A DNA stretch of 64,000 bases from Leidyana gryllorum EB-2025a (Eukaryota; Protista; Apicomplexa), in NCBI GenBank assembly GCA_048772705.1, contig JBLWGC010000186.1, forward strand, positions 1 to 64,000, read 5' to 3'. The notes under the pieces were generated by a model. It was not told the origin of the DNA and did no database searches. It was given only the letters and a program-made list of their open reading frames with translations. Below are positions 11,555-25,707 of the stretch, piece by piece. The position numbers and the translations under genes are program-made. Each line of letters begins with the position of its first letter. Position 1 is the stretch's first letter.

Positions 11555-13576
11555 TCATTCTGAGGTTTGATCGATAGTTGCCGACTCGGCAGGTTGCTGT
11601 TCGTCTTCAGTCTGTGCTCCTGCCGTGGCTGCGTTGTCCTCGACACCGCTGCCGGCCAAGTTGTGATCATTGACCTGTGGTTGCGGTGTCGAAGAGCTGA
11701 TGGTGTCGAGCGCTCCGGTTTGAATGCCTGTGCCCCCCATCACCAGTTGTTGAGTGGTGGTCGCAGATGAGTGATGATGAGCGGAGACGGCGGCCTGTCT
11801 GGAGACGGTGGTGGTGGTGGTGGTGGCCGCGGCGGTGGACATGACAGACTCTGGGACGGCGACAGCAGCAGCTTGTTGGCGGATGACAGCAGTCTGTCCC
11901 TGTTGAGCGGCGGCAACGAGTGTGGCTCCAGCAGTGAGGCCGGAGTGCTGCTGATGTTGATGGTGGTAAGAAGCAGTGGCATAGTGTTGAGCACTCTGTT
12001 GCTGCTGAACGTGGGAGTGGTGGTAGTTGGCAGTAGTAGCTATGGGGGACTGATAGGCGGCGGCGGAAGCAGCTTGAGCATAATAGCTGTTGGCACCGCT
12101 GGCGTAGTTGGCAGCAGCTGCAGCTGCACTTCCGGTAACAACTTCATTGGCAACAAAGTTTGAAGCTTGTTGTGTGGTGGTGGTGGTATATTGCATGCTG
12201 ACAGGATCGATGGGGAGCTTGCCAGTGAGCCAGTGTTGAGTGATGAGTTGGCTCGGATCGGCATGGCCAATCATTGAGTCAAAATTGGTGGACTTGATGG
12301 TGCCAGCGAGGGATTCAATCTCGCACATGCTGACAGCAGATTGGCTAGCGAGTTGAGTGACCTGTTGAGCATAGAGCTCTGACTGCACAATAGCATTGTT
12401 ATCCATAATATCAATAGGGATGGGAACTTCGACAAATCGAGGTACATAGAGGGGAACGTCGACCTTCACATACTGAGGTCTGATTTTCGGCAGTTTGAAT
12501 TCACAGGTAGTGATGGCTTCCACAGGAATCGGAATAGATCGCACAATATCCTGTTCTTTCTGGACATCAACGTACTCAGGGACTGGTTTCTCAACATACT
12601 GAGCCACCGGTACCTCTTTGATGACAACTTGTTCCCGAATCTCTTGAACTTCCACTATCTTCTCAACAGGAATGTCGTGATACTCAATTTCAGGTACTTC
12701 CACTATCTTCTCTTGCATGATGATCTTCGGGACTTCGACTATGCGCTCCTGAATCTCAATCCTCGGCACTTCTCGAATCTTCTCTTGATATATAATCTCC
12801 GGCACCTCCACAATCTTCTCAATGTACTCAATCTCCGGCACCTCCACGATCCGCTCCTGCACTACAGGCATCGCAACCTCAATAATCTTCTCGCGAATCT
12901 TCTGTACGTCTTCAATCACCTCCTCGTGCACTATCTTCTCCGGGATCACTATCACCTTCTCCACCACATCCTCTCTAACAACCTTTTTCGGGACCTTAAC
13001 TTCGTGCTCAATAATCCTCTCAGCGATCACACGCGCTTGTGCACTGGCCGTAGTCGTCGTCGTCGTCGCAGCCCCCGTCATGTGGTGGTGATGATGGTAC
13101 TGAGTGGAAGAACCAGCTGCTGCCGCTGCGGCCATCGCCTGCTGCTGCTGACTCTGGTAGAACGCTGCAGCGCCACCCGCCGTACTGTAACTCCCACCGT
13201 AGTGAGGACTGCTGAAACCAGTCTGCTGATGCATCACGTGACTGCTGTAAGCCGGACCCGACATGTAGTGCTGAGTGGCAGTCGAGTAACCAGCAGTACT
13301 GTTAGCCGCGGCCGCGGCAGCAGCCAATACACCAGCCGGCGTATTCGCAGAACCCGCAGCTTGGTGGTGTACCATATGGGGGATGCTGTGCACATACGTA
13401 TGTAACCCAGCTCCGCTGATGGTTTGGGTCACGGGAGTATGGGGAGCGGTGCCCATCGTAGCCACTGTCGCCCCGCCTTTCTGTTGAGGATCTATCATCT
13501 TGGCAGGCTTCTCATCGTGAGCCGTCGGCTGCTGGGCCACCGGGGGAGTAGAAGTTGTGTTATTGTCGGCCGACAT
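11555..13576 (-). CDS. Alveolin / inner membrane complex (IMC1-like) protein, intronless, about 673 aa
   Basis: Multiple EKIVEVP/ERIVEVP alveolin repeats flanked by Ala/Gln/His/Thr low-complexity regions. Confidence 0.93.
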   Translation of the reverse strand: MSADNNTTSTPPVAQQPTAHDEKPAKMIDPQQKGGATVATMGTAPHTPVTQTISGAGLHTYVHSIPHMVHHQAAGSANTPAGVLAAAAAAANSTAGYSTATQHYMSGPAYSSHVMHQQTGFSSPHYGGSYSTAGGAAAFYQSQQQQAMAAAAAAGSSTQYHHHHHMTGAATTTTTTASAQARVIAERIIEHEVKVPKKVVREDVVEKVIVIPEKIVHEEVIEDVQKIREKIIEVAMPVVQERIVEVPEIEYIEKIVEVPEIIYQEKIREVPRIEIQERIVEVPKIIMQEKIVEVPEIEYHDIPVEKIVEVQEIREQVVIKEVPVAQYVEKPVPEYVDVQKEQDIVRSIPIPVEAITTCEFKLPKIRPQYVKVDVPLYVPRFVEVPIPIDIMDNNAIVQSELYAQQVTQLASQSAVSMCEIESLAGTIKSTNFDSMIGHADPSQLITQHWLTGKLPIDPVSMQYTTTTTQQASNFVANEVVTGSAAAAAANYASGANSYYAQAASAAAYQSPIATTANYHHSHVQQQQSAQHYATASYHHQHQQHSGLTAGATLVAAAQQGQTAVIRQQAAAVAVPESVMSTAAATTTTTTVSRQAAVSAHHHSSATTTQQLVMGGTGIQTGALDTISSSTPQPQVNDHNLAGSGVEDNAATAGAQTEDEQQPAESATIDQTSE

Positions 13577-13884
13577 GTTATGAGGAGAAACGATCAAACA
13601 GAGCAAAAGAGGAGAATAATTGAGATCTTCCTCGTTCCACCTCAAGTACTGATCCCTCTATATGTAGTAGTAAAGCCTAATCCTCAAAGCAGCGCCCCTC
13701 CAAAAATGCCTCGCGCTTATTATAATTTTGAGTCCAAATAAACACACAGCTGCATTGCTGAATCCCCTCAACCCTTTACCCTCATCGCCACACCGTCACT
13801 CCTTATCCCCGCCCTACACATGTTTCTACCATCATTTCTTTCCGGTGTCAATGTTGACGTTGTTGTTTGTTCCCATCACTGTTT

Positions 13885-16800
13885 CTAACCACTTTCGCAC
13901 AATAATAGATCTATCAAACAAATTTTTTCCTTCAGCCGTTCCAAACGACCAACTTGTGTGTTCGCGCGACTGGCAAACACGTTCACAAACTCGGTGAAAC
14001 CCTCCACTTGTCGCAGATCCGTGATTCTGCACATAGATAGACACATAATCACCAGTGTTCAACAAAAGGCAGACTTACCGAGCCAGCTTAAGCAGTAGGT
14101 GAACGAGCCAATGTGCGAGGTGCTGTTTGTTCGGCGTTCTCAAGTATTTGAGTGCGGCCATTAGTAGTTGTTCCAGAGCCTTAGAGTCGGTCAGTTCCAG
14201 CCCTTCGGGTCCTGTGAGGTCCTCTACCCACTTATCCACATCCCCCATCTCATCCTCATATACGGCGTTTCTGCTGCGACTAACACTCTGTTGCAGTTCT
14301 GTCAGCACCGTCTCGAACAGATCCATTCGGCGCCATTTTAGTGTCAGCTTGAGGGCTTCGGCAAACCGCTTTTGTTGGAGCAAAACCTCTACACTATTGG
14401 CGTCGTTTCTTCGTTGACGCTCTTGAGCTTCGATTTCTTCGGACCGCATCTGCAATCTATCCCGCCACACGACAACACTCCCGTCCTCGGCGCACGACAG
14501 CAGTGACTCTCCGCGCTGCGGGTGGACTAATAAGCGTTGCACGCTACCTTCATGATGTTGTGCACTTCCAAGATGTGTGCCCTTTTTGACATCCCAAATG
14601 TGGACACGTGCATCGCCACTTCCGGCTAATATATGTGTACCCTCAGGGTGCCAGGCAATGCAGTTGATACTCGCATCACACCCAGTGAGTGTAACCACTG
14701 CCTGCAGACTGTGCATATCCCACACACGAATGGTGCCATCCAGTGAGGCGGAGGCGACAACCTGAGTACGGTATTTCAGAGCGGTGAGGATTGAGAAACT
14801 CCTACCTGTTCAGTGGGAGAGAAAGCGACGGCAGAGATCGCCTGTTTGTGACCGTGGCAGACTCCCATTGCTGAAAGGTCTCCTGCGTTCCAGAGTTTGA
14901 GCTGTTTGTCTGCACCGCCCGTGCAGATGACTTTCGAGTTGGGTGAAACTCCGACAGCGTAGACAAGTTTGTTGGACACCTGAACGCGAGCGACTGGAGT
15001 TTTCAGTTCTTTGACTTTGTCGGCCTTCTTCCGCAGATGCCACAGTCTCAGATACGAATCCTCAGTGACAGTAACAAAGTGCAAATCTTCGGTCCGGTTA
15101 TTGACGGCCGCGACACTCACGATGCGTCCACCGCTCACCTGCCCTTCCATGTGACCCATGACGGCGCCGGTTGCAACGTTGATGACTCGTAGGGCATTGT
15201 TCTCCCGGTCGACAAAAGCTGCCATCTCGCCGTCCTTTGTTATGGTCGCTAGTGAGACACTGAGACGGTCTGCGGTCGCGGGGGGGTCATCGTCTGATGA
15301 CGGCGCCAACAACAGTTCACTCAGTTCCGCCTTTTCGATCGAACTGCTCTCGCCGTCTTCCGGAGACATCCGCAGAATTGTCCTTTGGAGGCCTTCGGCG
15401 ATACCCGTAGACAAACAAACGAAATTGTTCCCCTCAAAGGCGGCGGCACACAGAAAGTCTGTGGCTCCCGCGGACCCACGGAGTGTCAATGTCGGCTTGA
15501 GCGTGGGTTTACTCTTCCAATATGTTACGGACTGATCCTGGCCCAACACCATCAGCTTCTTGCCACTGTCTATAGAGACAATGGAACGGATGGGACGCTC
15601 GGGATGAATGAACCCTCCGGGTTTCTGGGCAGTAAAGTTTACTTGTGTCTTACGCAAGAGATCCCAAACACACAGTTTCCCACTCTCGCCTCCCGTGACA
15701 ACGAACCAACTCGCAGCCGAGACGGATTTGTCGACCAGTTTGCACAACAGGTCTCTGGTGAGGATAACAACACTTTCCAACTCTTCGGTACACCGACAGT
15801 CAGTCTGAGCCTTTAGGCTCTGCTGCAGCTCAGTATCCTCTTCGAGGAGTCTGGCGACAGCTGTGGTACTCGGAGGCGGGAGGCCATCACTCGCAGCGAC
15901 AGTTTTCCGCTTCTTCTTCGCCTGTTCGACAGCCACGAGAGACTTTTCCTCCTCGCTCTCTGGTTGTCCGAAGGACACAACATTCTCAACGGCCGTCTTG
16001 GAGGAGTGGTTCCCCAACTTGCGGTGGATGGCTTGGGAAAGAGCCGTCCCCAAACTGTCGAGAGACCACAGCCGTATCCATTTGTCGCGACTGACAGTGA
16101 CGACTGCGATGATTTGGCGAGACCCAACATTGAGGTCCAGAAACGCAGCATCCGTGACGGCGGCGGTGTGAGCGAGAATGGAGGTGAGAATGCTGTGGAG
16201 GGAGAGAGTGAAGAAGAGTTCGTGCCTCTTTTCGACTTACCAGTGTCGATAGAGATCCATCATGATGAGTTTGCCCCGATTGGAGCCCAGGAGAAGTAAG
16301 AGACGTGTGGGGTGAAACTTGAGAGAAGATAGAGTATCACCAGACTCGAGGAGATGAGCAAAATGGTGAGTGCAGCTGCCATCCAATACATTCCATACTC
16401 GAGTTCGGCCTTCGTTAGAGGCGGCAGCAACATATTTGCCCTGGGAATGGACAACAACCGTCTTTACCGTCCCGCTGCCGAATTGCCAAGACAAGAAATG
16501 CTTTACTTGGAACGGTATTGATGGCGGTGAGTCTTGTTGCTGGTCATCTTCGTCAACAACGGCTGTGGTCAGTTGCCAAACTTTGATGAGTCCACTACGA
16601 TGGAGAGCAGCGACTGTGTTGGCTCCGGTATGGACGGATATGATGTCGTCAAATCTACGGGTTGCGAAGCCTTGGTCATCAAAAACAGACTCCACTTGGA
16701 GGCCGAGGGAGTCTATCTGCTCTATAGTGGTCCCGTTTGAGAGGACCAGGAGCTGACTGTTGCTGCTTTTATGTTTGACCAAGTGCACTTTGTCCCGATA

Positions 16801-16911
16801 ACTGGTGACCACATATCCTCCATCCTCTTCGAGCCATCCCAAAGTGTGATTTGAGGTCTCCGAGGGCCCTACGAGCCTGTGGTACGGCACATAGGCAAAC
16901 CCACCCTCCAT
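13885..16911 (-). CDS. UTP13: WD40-repeat U3 snoRNP protein Utp13/TBL3-like (4 exons)
   Basis: Many WD repeats (TGGADKQLKLWN, GHKQAISAVAFSP, ASASLDGTIRVWD) and a Utp13-like C-terminus (QERQRRNDANSVEVLLQQKRFAEALKLTL). Confidence 0.8.
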
Positions 16912-16975
16912 CGAAAAAAAACCTGACCGAAAAATCCGATCATAGCAAATGTGCCAATAGCATGCATTTCACACA

Positions 16976-18835
<1,860 letters not shown>

Positions 18836-18851
<16 letters not shown>

Positions 18852-19207
18852 TTGGGTCTAAGCGCCCTGAGCAAATTCGCATAGCCGCCCCGGGGTGAAT
18901 ACAACGCTTTTGAAGTTGTACTTGGTCTTGAGAGCAGGTCAGAAGGTCGGAACACACGGGCCACTTTAATCGCACATACTGTCGCCAAACCCCAATATGC
19001 AAATACGCGAACCGATTCACATGATTGCTTGAACGCCAGGTAGGAAGTAAACCCTTGGGACCGATCGAACAGCTTACGCGCGTGCTTTAAGTGCGCACTC
19101 ACCTGCAGCAATCAAATCGTGCGAGTGAGTAAGCCCCCACTTACGTCATAGTAACTGCTCGGTCCAACCACTCTGTTGCCGAGATGTCGTTTTGATTGGA
19201 AGTCCAT
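18836..19207 (-). CDS. Small hypothetical two-exon protein (MDFQSKRHLG...)
   Basis: ATG preceded by a T-run; GTAAGT...TGCAG intron joining in frame to the 18836 ORF. No recognisable motif. Confidence 0.35.
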
Positions 19208-19236
19208 TTGGCCGCCGAAAAAATCAGACTCAATCG

Positions 19237-21912
19237 CTATTCTTCCAACGAATAAAGATAAAGGTATCCGAACCGTGTGTCGATATTCTCTAAACAATGG
19301 CTCACAGTCGCATCGTTGTACAAGTACCACCTAAATCCACCTTTTATCTCTCGACTTCCCCACCCAACTTACCGTCCGTCACGCCGCAAATACACTACAT
19401 AGTGGCCACAGTGAGCGCTAGATCCCAGGTGCACCACCAGCCCAGACAACTTGTATGTAGTGCGACCAACGTTCCGAGCGTTCTCTGCCCTCTCGCCACA
19501 TGTCTCCAACACCACATCGCTCAGATACTCTCCGTTCAGCAAAGCATCCAAGGCACACTCCACATCTGCCACCACATTTAGTTACACCCACGGCCCACGT
19601 ACAGTCCTTACTTCCTTTGTACTTCACCAAAGCTCTCTTACTCAACTCGGCATCCATTCCCATACTCGTCAGATTATTCAGAGCTTCTTCCGAAACACCT
19701 TCCACCGCCCGGTTCTCAGTTTTAACCGCGTTCGGATGATTCAGAATGAAATCAACCATCGAGTTGGCCTCTGCGTTCCGTCCCAACTCGGCAGCCGCTG
19801 ACTTGATTTGCTCCTCGGTGAACCCGAGACCTCTCAAAGAGTTTGCCGCCACTATCGGTCGCTCAGCCGCCAGCTTTTCGCCTTCCAGAAGCCCCTGCTC
19901 TTTCAAAAACGCCAAATCCATGGTGTCAGGAACTGTCACGGGCGTGCTCAGTTTGACAGGGCTACCAGTACCATCAACCGTCATTCTCCGCACGTGGATC
20001 AATAAGTAAGACGGGTAGTCTATCAGCTGTTCAAATTGATCGCTCAGTATGTTGCTTTGACTCCGACTCCATTCCTTTATCATGCCCATTAAATCGCATG
20101 ATTCACAGCTGCTCGACATCGGAAGACTTATCAAAGGCGATCTGACCTCTTGAAACTCAACCGCCTTATCCTCCAGCGATACTACCTTCCGCCGAATGCG
20201 TAAACCCATCAGGTCCTGTAAGCCCCAAGGCAACGCTTGAGTTTTCATTTTCCTTTCTTCTTGAGCGACCATGTCATACAACGCCTGATAAAACTCCTCA
20301 GCATCCTGCTGGTCAGGTGTACCAACGAATTGATGTCGAACAGATATCCGTTGTTTCAAACGTCTCGGTGTGGGATTAGCCGGATTCACGCTTTCATCTG
20401 TCGTCGGCAAGCATGCCAACTCATCCTTGGCCAACTGGCTTGACAAATACTCCAAGCGCTTCTGATGCTGTTTCTGCCACATCGGGACTCGACTTTGAAC
20501 TGGGCCCGTGAGAGCTTCGAATATTCTCATCAACTGAAACACAAAGTCAAACTCCAGAGAACAGTCCGTGGGGACACGCCTTTGTTCCACCACTCGACAT
20601 GCCTCCAGCCAATCCATATTCTCGGGTATCCGCCAGCAACATTTTTCGTGCTGCACGACTCTGGCCAACAATTGAAGAATACACGCCATATAACAGGAGT
20701 TGCCAATGTTGGTCATGCCCAGCAACCTATCACACACGTGTGCTTTACATCTCCCACGCCTTTTCGAACTCACCCAGCACCATGCACTTCATGCGCCTTC
20801 TCCGCCTCAGCACTTGGGAGGCCAAATGAGAGGGCTTGATTGCGTTCTAAGGCCAACTCGGACATCAGTTTGGCTGTTTGGCGCAAGTCTTCTTGCTTCA
20901 GTCCACACCTCAACAGGTGATCACGCAGATTATGAAGCCTCACAAAAGCATCACGAGCATAACAGTACACATCTGCTGTACCAAGAGTTATGGTTCCCAA
21001 TTTAACCACAACAGAATAAGTGGGATTTTCCGCATGGTGAGTGATGGCAGCACCTTCCTGTCCATCACAACATCCGGAATCGTCGATGCCATACTGTTTT
21101 CTGCCGCATCCGACGTATCTGTGGATGAATGATAAGGTTTCACGAGATGATCTTTCTCAGTCGCTCACCCATCCGAGAGATTGAGCCACAGCGCACCTTC
21201 CTGACGGCCGCATCGCTGACATTTCCAAGAGGTGGGATCCATAGAGAGTCGGTGAGTAGTCTCGGCTACAGGAATCTCGCGGACCTCGATGAGCTGCCAG
21301 AGCATTCTTGGTCACACGGAAGGGCTCCTTTTGTCTCACCTGCTCGCAGTATTCTCCGAGCCCTGGGGGTGGCGCGAACGGGTTTGAATAGGCAAGAGCC
21401 TCGAGATGGGCGAACTCCTCTGGGGTGAGATTGAGGGTCTGGTTGTTCTCTTTCCAATCCTCCACATTCAGTCCACCGATGTACACTGAGCGCTCCTCAG
21501 TGGGATAGAACAAATAGTACCCTTCCTGTGTGGTGTACAAAGAGAGTCCCGTTATGTTGACGACTCCAGGCTCTCTAAAGAGACATCATCAGGACTACCA
21601 GTCTGTGGTCGCTCACCCTGCAGTTGCACAGGCGGCAGCATCTCGCTTGCGTATTGCGATTTCCGAGCGGAGTGCCTCGAGAGGTTTCCAGAACCTTTGG
21701 AGGCGCAACTCAAGGAAGTACTTTGGTTTTCTCAAGCCAATGTATGGCTGCGATATGGCTATATCGGCTTGAGGATCGATGAATAGGGACTTCCGAGTGA
21801 CCACTGCTGTTTCCTTGGTGGCATCGTCTTGGGCAACGTAGTCAAACGAGTTGTCGAAGCCCTGGCGAGCGTCATAGACGCATTCGCTCTTGAGCAACTG
21901 CATGGTACGCAT
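19237..21912 (-). CDS. UBP14: Ubiquitin C-terminal hydrolase USP5/UBP14 family (ZnF-UBP, Cys/His boxes, UBA-like inserts)
   Basis: WKCQRC...LWLNLSDG, CGRKQY, VKLGTIT, GMTNIGNSCYM, QQDAEEF, HLGSSAHCGHYV, YNDATV...GYLYLY. Confidence 0.92.
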
Positions 21913-21919
21913 TTTTTTA

Positions 21920-22959
21920 TTACTGTTGTCTAGGAGTCAAAAGAAGGCATACTGCGAGCTGCACCGCACCAAATCCCAAAGCCATGTATATGGAGCGTGC
22001 AGTGGGTCCCCGGTGTTTGCTCCAACTAAAGTCGACCCCAATGTCGTCTATGTTGCCTCTCAGTAAGAGCAGGATCTGTTGGGGGTTCAGGGGTGAAGAG
22101 GGCTAGGAGGGGAAGGCCTGACTCACTGTGGCGAGCGCTGCAGATGCGCTCAAGTAGAGACGTGCCACCCAGAACGCCTGTTTGCTTGTTATAACGAGGC
22201 CGCAGATGACCATCATTGACAAACTGTCATTTCGAGTAAAGGTGTGGTGAGTTTCGGTCTCGCTGGATGGAGACTCACTGTACGAATTTATATCCGGCCG
22301 AAGCGATGCTTTCAACGAAGCTGTGGCGGCGGTCGGGGGTCCAAACCAACATGACTGATGCGGAGTGTGGGTGCGAATCTCTGTTGTGTGAGACTCACGA
22401 CTGTAGTATACCAAAGCTTCTGCAAATACGACCGCGAGGCCTATGGTCGCCCTCTCCGATAGTATTGAGGGTCGAAATCTGGAGAGGCGGAAGTGGCGAT
22501 GGGGGCTTGAGATCCGGGAGTGACTCACTCGGCGACTGTACCTCGAGCAAAGCCAAAGGCGATGACATAGGTTATGAAGGCCATTGAGGGTATATATAGA
22601 TCAGCGCGACGGAAGGAAAAGTTGGGTAGGCTTTGGGGAGCATTATGTGTCTCGTGATGAGCAACGGCATTGCGACCGTCTAAAGTGAGGGTCGGTCCTT
22701 GTTTCTGGCGTTTTGGCCGTTTGAAGAGATCAATGAAGGGGAATAGGAGCAATACGATACGTCCTAATACATAGGAATGGCTGACGTCAAAATACTCGTG
22801 CAGATAGTCTCGGGCGCGGCTGGGGAAGCTGCGAACCAAAAGTGTCTCAGGAGCGGCCTGGAGGGAATGTTCGATGGCGCCCAGAAACTGCTGTTGCAAG
22901 TGCGGGTTGGTAGCAACCTGCTGCACTAAGTAGGCACTTGTAGGTTGCTGCTGTAACAT
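21920..22959 (-). CDS. YIF1: YIF1 ER-Golgi membrane protein
   Basis: YFDVSHSYVLGRIVLLLFPF and ADLYIPSMAFITYVI signature motifs. Confidence 0.88.
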
Positions 22960-22973
22960 AGAAAAAACACAAA

Positions 22974-23264
22974 TTAGCTACGGCATGCCTCGTAGAAGTC
23001 ATTGGGGTCAACTGCAAGTTCCTGCGAAGGGAATTGGAAGTCCGTTCGGCTGGAAAAGAGCAGAGAAATTCCCAGTCTACCAGCCGCAGCGCCCGCTGTG
23101 TCCATGTACACCTGCAGAATTTCACATCGCGCACCCCACTGTTTCTCTTACAGGAAAAGTAGCTCGAATTGTGGCCTCATTGTGGTCATTGTACCGTGCC
23201 ATGAGCTTCTGCAGATCAATCCCCACCACGCCGCTTCGACGACTCCACCCGAGTTTCAGACTGA

Positions 23265-23313
<49 letters not shown>

Positions 23314-25616
23314 GCCGGCAGGCGGTTGTGGAGACGGGAGTAGTTCCTCCCGTCGGCCACCGTGGATTGGGGGCAGCTTTGCCGACTGCAGAGAGAGAGA
23401 GGGAGACTGACTCACCATAGATAGCGATCACAGGCTAACGGAAGGCGGCTGTGTATGGGTGGAGAGAATACAAAGTGGTCACTGTCCTTTTGGGCCGCAG
23501 TGTAAAGGGCCGTCTCTACGACACGATTGCCCCCAAGTCGTAGATCCAAAGCCATCGCCATTTCGGTCGATCCCGGACGAGTACGGTCACGTTCTGTGAA
23601 CAATAGACCTTTGAGCACTGATGAAGGGTGTGCTGCGAAGACGCTGCCTCCTAATCCATAAAAGCTGATGCCCAAAGTCCTGTAGGGGAGAAAGTGGAGA
23701 GCGGCTGGTTCCCCTTTGGCCGTTGCTCACTTGTATTTCATCAGCGTGTCCGATTTCGCTTCCCATTCTACGGGGGCAAGAGGATTCACTGTAAAGATGT
23801 CACCCCTGATCGGCAGGGGTCCTTCTAGTCGTGCAATGATCGCGGATCGCCGCTTGCGTCCCATGAACAGTGGTATGTCGTCTTCGGTGGAAGCCCGCTG
23901 GTCTTTGCCTGGTGATTGGGTGGCTGCTGGCTCAGGCGAACGATCTTTCGAGAGACAACGGGAGAGATCGATCGAAGCTCTGCGCAGTCCCATTGCATTG
24001 CCGAAGGCAACGCGTCGCCTATTGGTCGCTGTGGATGGAATATCGAAACTCTCGCGATCCGAACAGCTCTGCGCCAACGAAGCCGAGTCCAGGGGCTTCA
24101 GGGTACTGTTCGTCATCAAAGTAGTTTGGCTGTTCCCCAACTTCACTTCATCAATACTCAGTTGCTCCCGTAAAATGCACGTGACTTCTAATAGTCCGGT
24201 GCAACAATTTGATGTACTCATAATCTGAAAGTAATCAATGCTGAACAGCGGACTGCTCTCGGGTGACCCACCGGGCCGTATGTATGAACAGTTGATCCGC
24301 TTTTTGCAGATCCGAGGGGCGATAGATCAACAACACACGTTGCCCAAGTCGTGGCATCTGTAACATCCTCAGAACCGGGAACGCCACGTTTCAATTCGAT
24401 CCTGTGGTCATCGATTGTGGACAAACAATTCTCGACATCCACTCACGCCAAATCTCGAGACTGCGTAGCGAAGGAAAGTGCATCCGAGCGGCCGGCTAAG
24501 CGGACGCCATGTCCAAAGCGTTCACCAGCAATGAGCCGAATTCTCCGCGACGAGGCGATTGGAGAGCCTTCGGGAGGATGCAGTACGCAAAATACTTCCT
24601 GCGCAACGCCAGAACACATATTGCGAAGAAACCATTACCAAGACGACTCGCCGTGCGGACACACGGCTGTCAGTGGGTTTGGAGGGGGGGGGGGGAAGAG
24701 CATTGCGGAATGCGGAATTCGGATTTTATTATACAAACGCTCCTCTCTGTCTGAGTGGAGCTGGAAGCGGACTCACAGCATTTGAGGGGCAGGTGTGACA
24801 TAGGGATAGGGCAACTATGGATTTTATTGTGGCCTTGACAGGTTTCATTGGTCCTCCAGTACTGTCAGTTCGGAAGATCTTATCGGTGTCAATTTCTCCG
24901 TCGGGGTTGGCATCGAAAGACTTGGAAACTAGTGGGTTGGCGAGTCGGGCGGTGAAAGATTCATAGAGAACATCGATAAATCCGACAACATTAGACATAT
25001 CCACACCGTCCTCGTCCACATCGTTGAGATCCCGGCCCCGACGCCATCGGCAGATCTGAGATTCGGATTGATAGACAGACAGAAAGGGGGGCGGATATAT
25101 TGAATTGACTGCGTTATCCCTTCCTCTCCCACTCACAGGCAAGTTGCGTTCCAAGATCTCCGATCTATCGCGGGTGAGGGTACGGAGATGGATGGTGGCA
25201 TCGCCTATTAATCTGTCCGTGACCCCTAAGCGTCGCCGCAAGAACTTTAAGCTGCAAAGAGCATTGCGCTTTGAGCGAGACGGGCGTACGTGGCAGTGGA
25301 CTCTCCGGTGTGGGGCCAAGTGACGGCACAGTTGAAAGAATGCTTGTCGTCCGATGATGTCGCTTGAATACGTGCAATCTTGCGGCCATGTACATAGACC
25401 TCAACAAACAGTTTCTGGACGCATGGGGGGAGGGGCCAGTGATGTCACTCTCCTTACCCCCAGAAGTTTGATCTGCAGGTCTGATATATCGCCAATAGCT
25501 ACCCGCACCACGGTGCTCTCAGAGACATAATTGCCCTCACTGGGACCCGGGAGAGTAGGGCTACCCGTGGAGTCAGCTCGAGATACCTTCACACTAATAC
25601 ATTGAATAGCGATCAT
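22974..25616 (-). CDS. Hypothetical multi-exon protein with possible C2-like beta domain (may be two genes)
   Basis: Spliceable exons LFVEVYVHG..., LKFLRRRLGVTDRLIGDATIHL..., VVGFIDVLY. Boundaries uncertain. Confidence 0.4.
23268..23310. repeat. (GT)n microsatellite, probably intronic
   Basis: Directly visible. Confidence 0.95.
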
Positions 25617-25707
25617 TCACAGTCGTTTCGCTGATACCTATAAGAGGTCTGCCTGCTCCAATCAGCCTCTTCGGTTCGACCAGCACTAACAGCACGTAAC
25701 AAGAACA

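Noticed and set aside
12629-13405. 258-aa His/Leu/Asn-rich plus-strand ORF
   Set aside because: Antisense translation of the alveolin repeats.
21266-21345. Apparent frameshift in UBP14 (and similar frame changes in SMC1, POLE2 and ProA)
   Set aside because: Those checked are resolved by canonical GT-AG introns (here 46 nt). There is no need to invoke recoding or an alternative genetic code.
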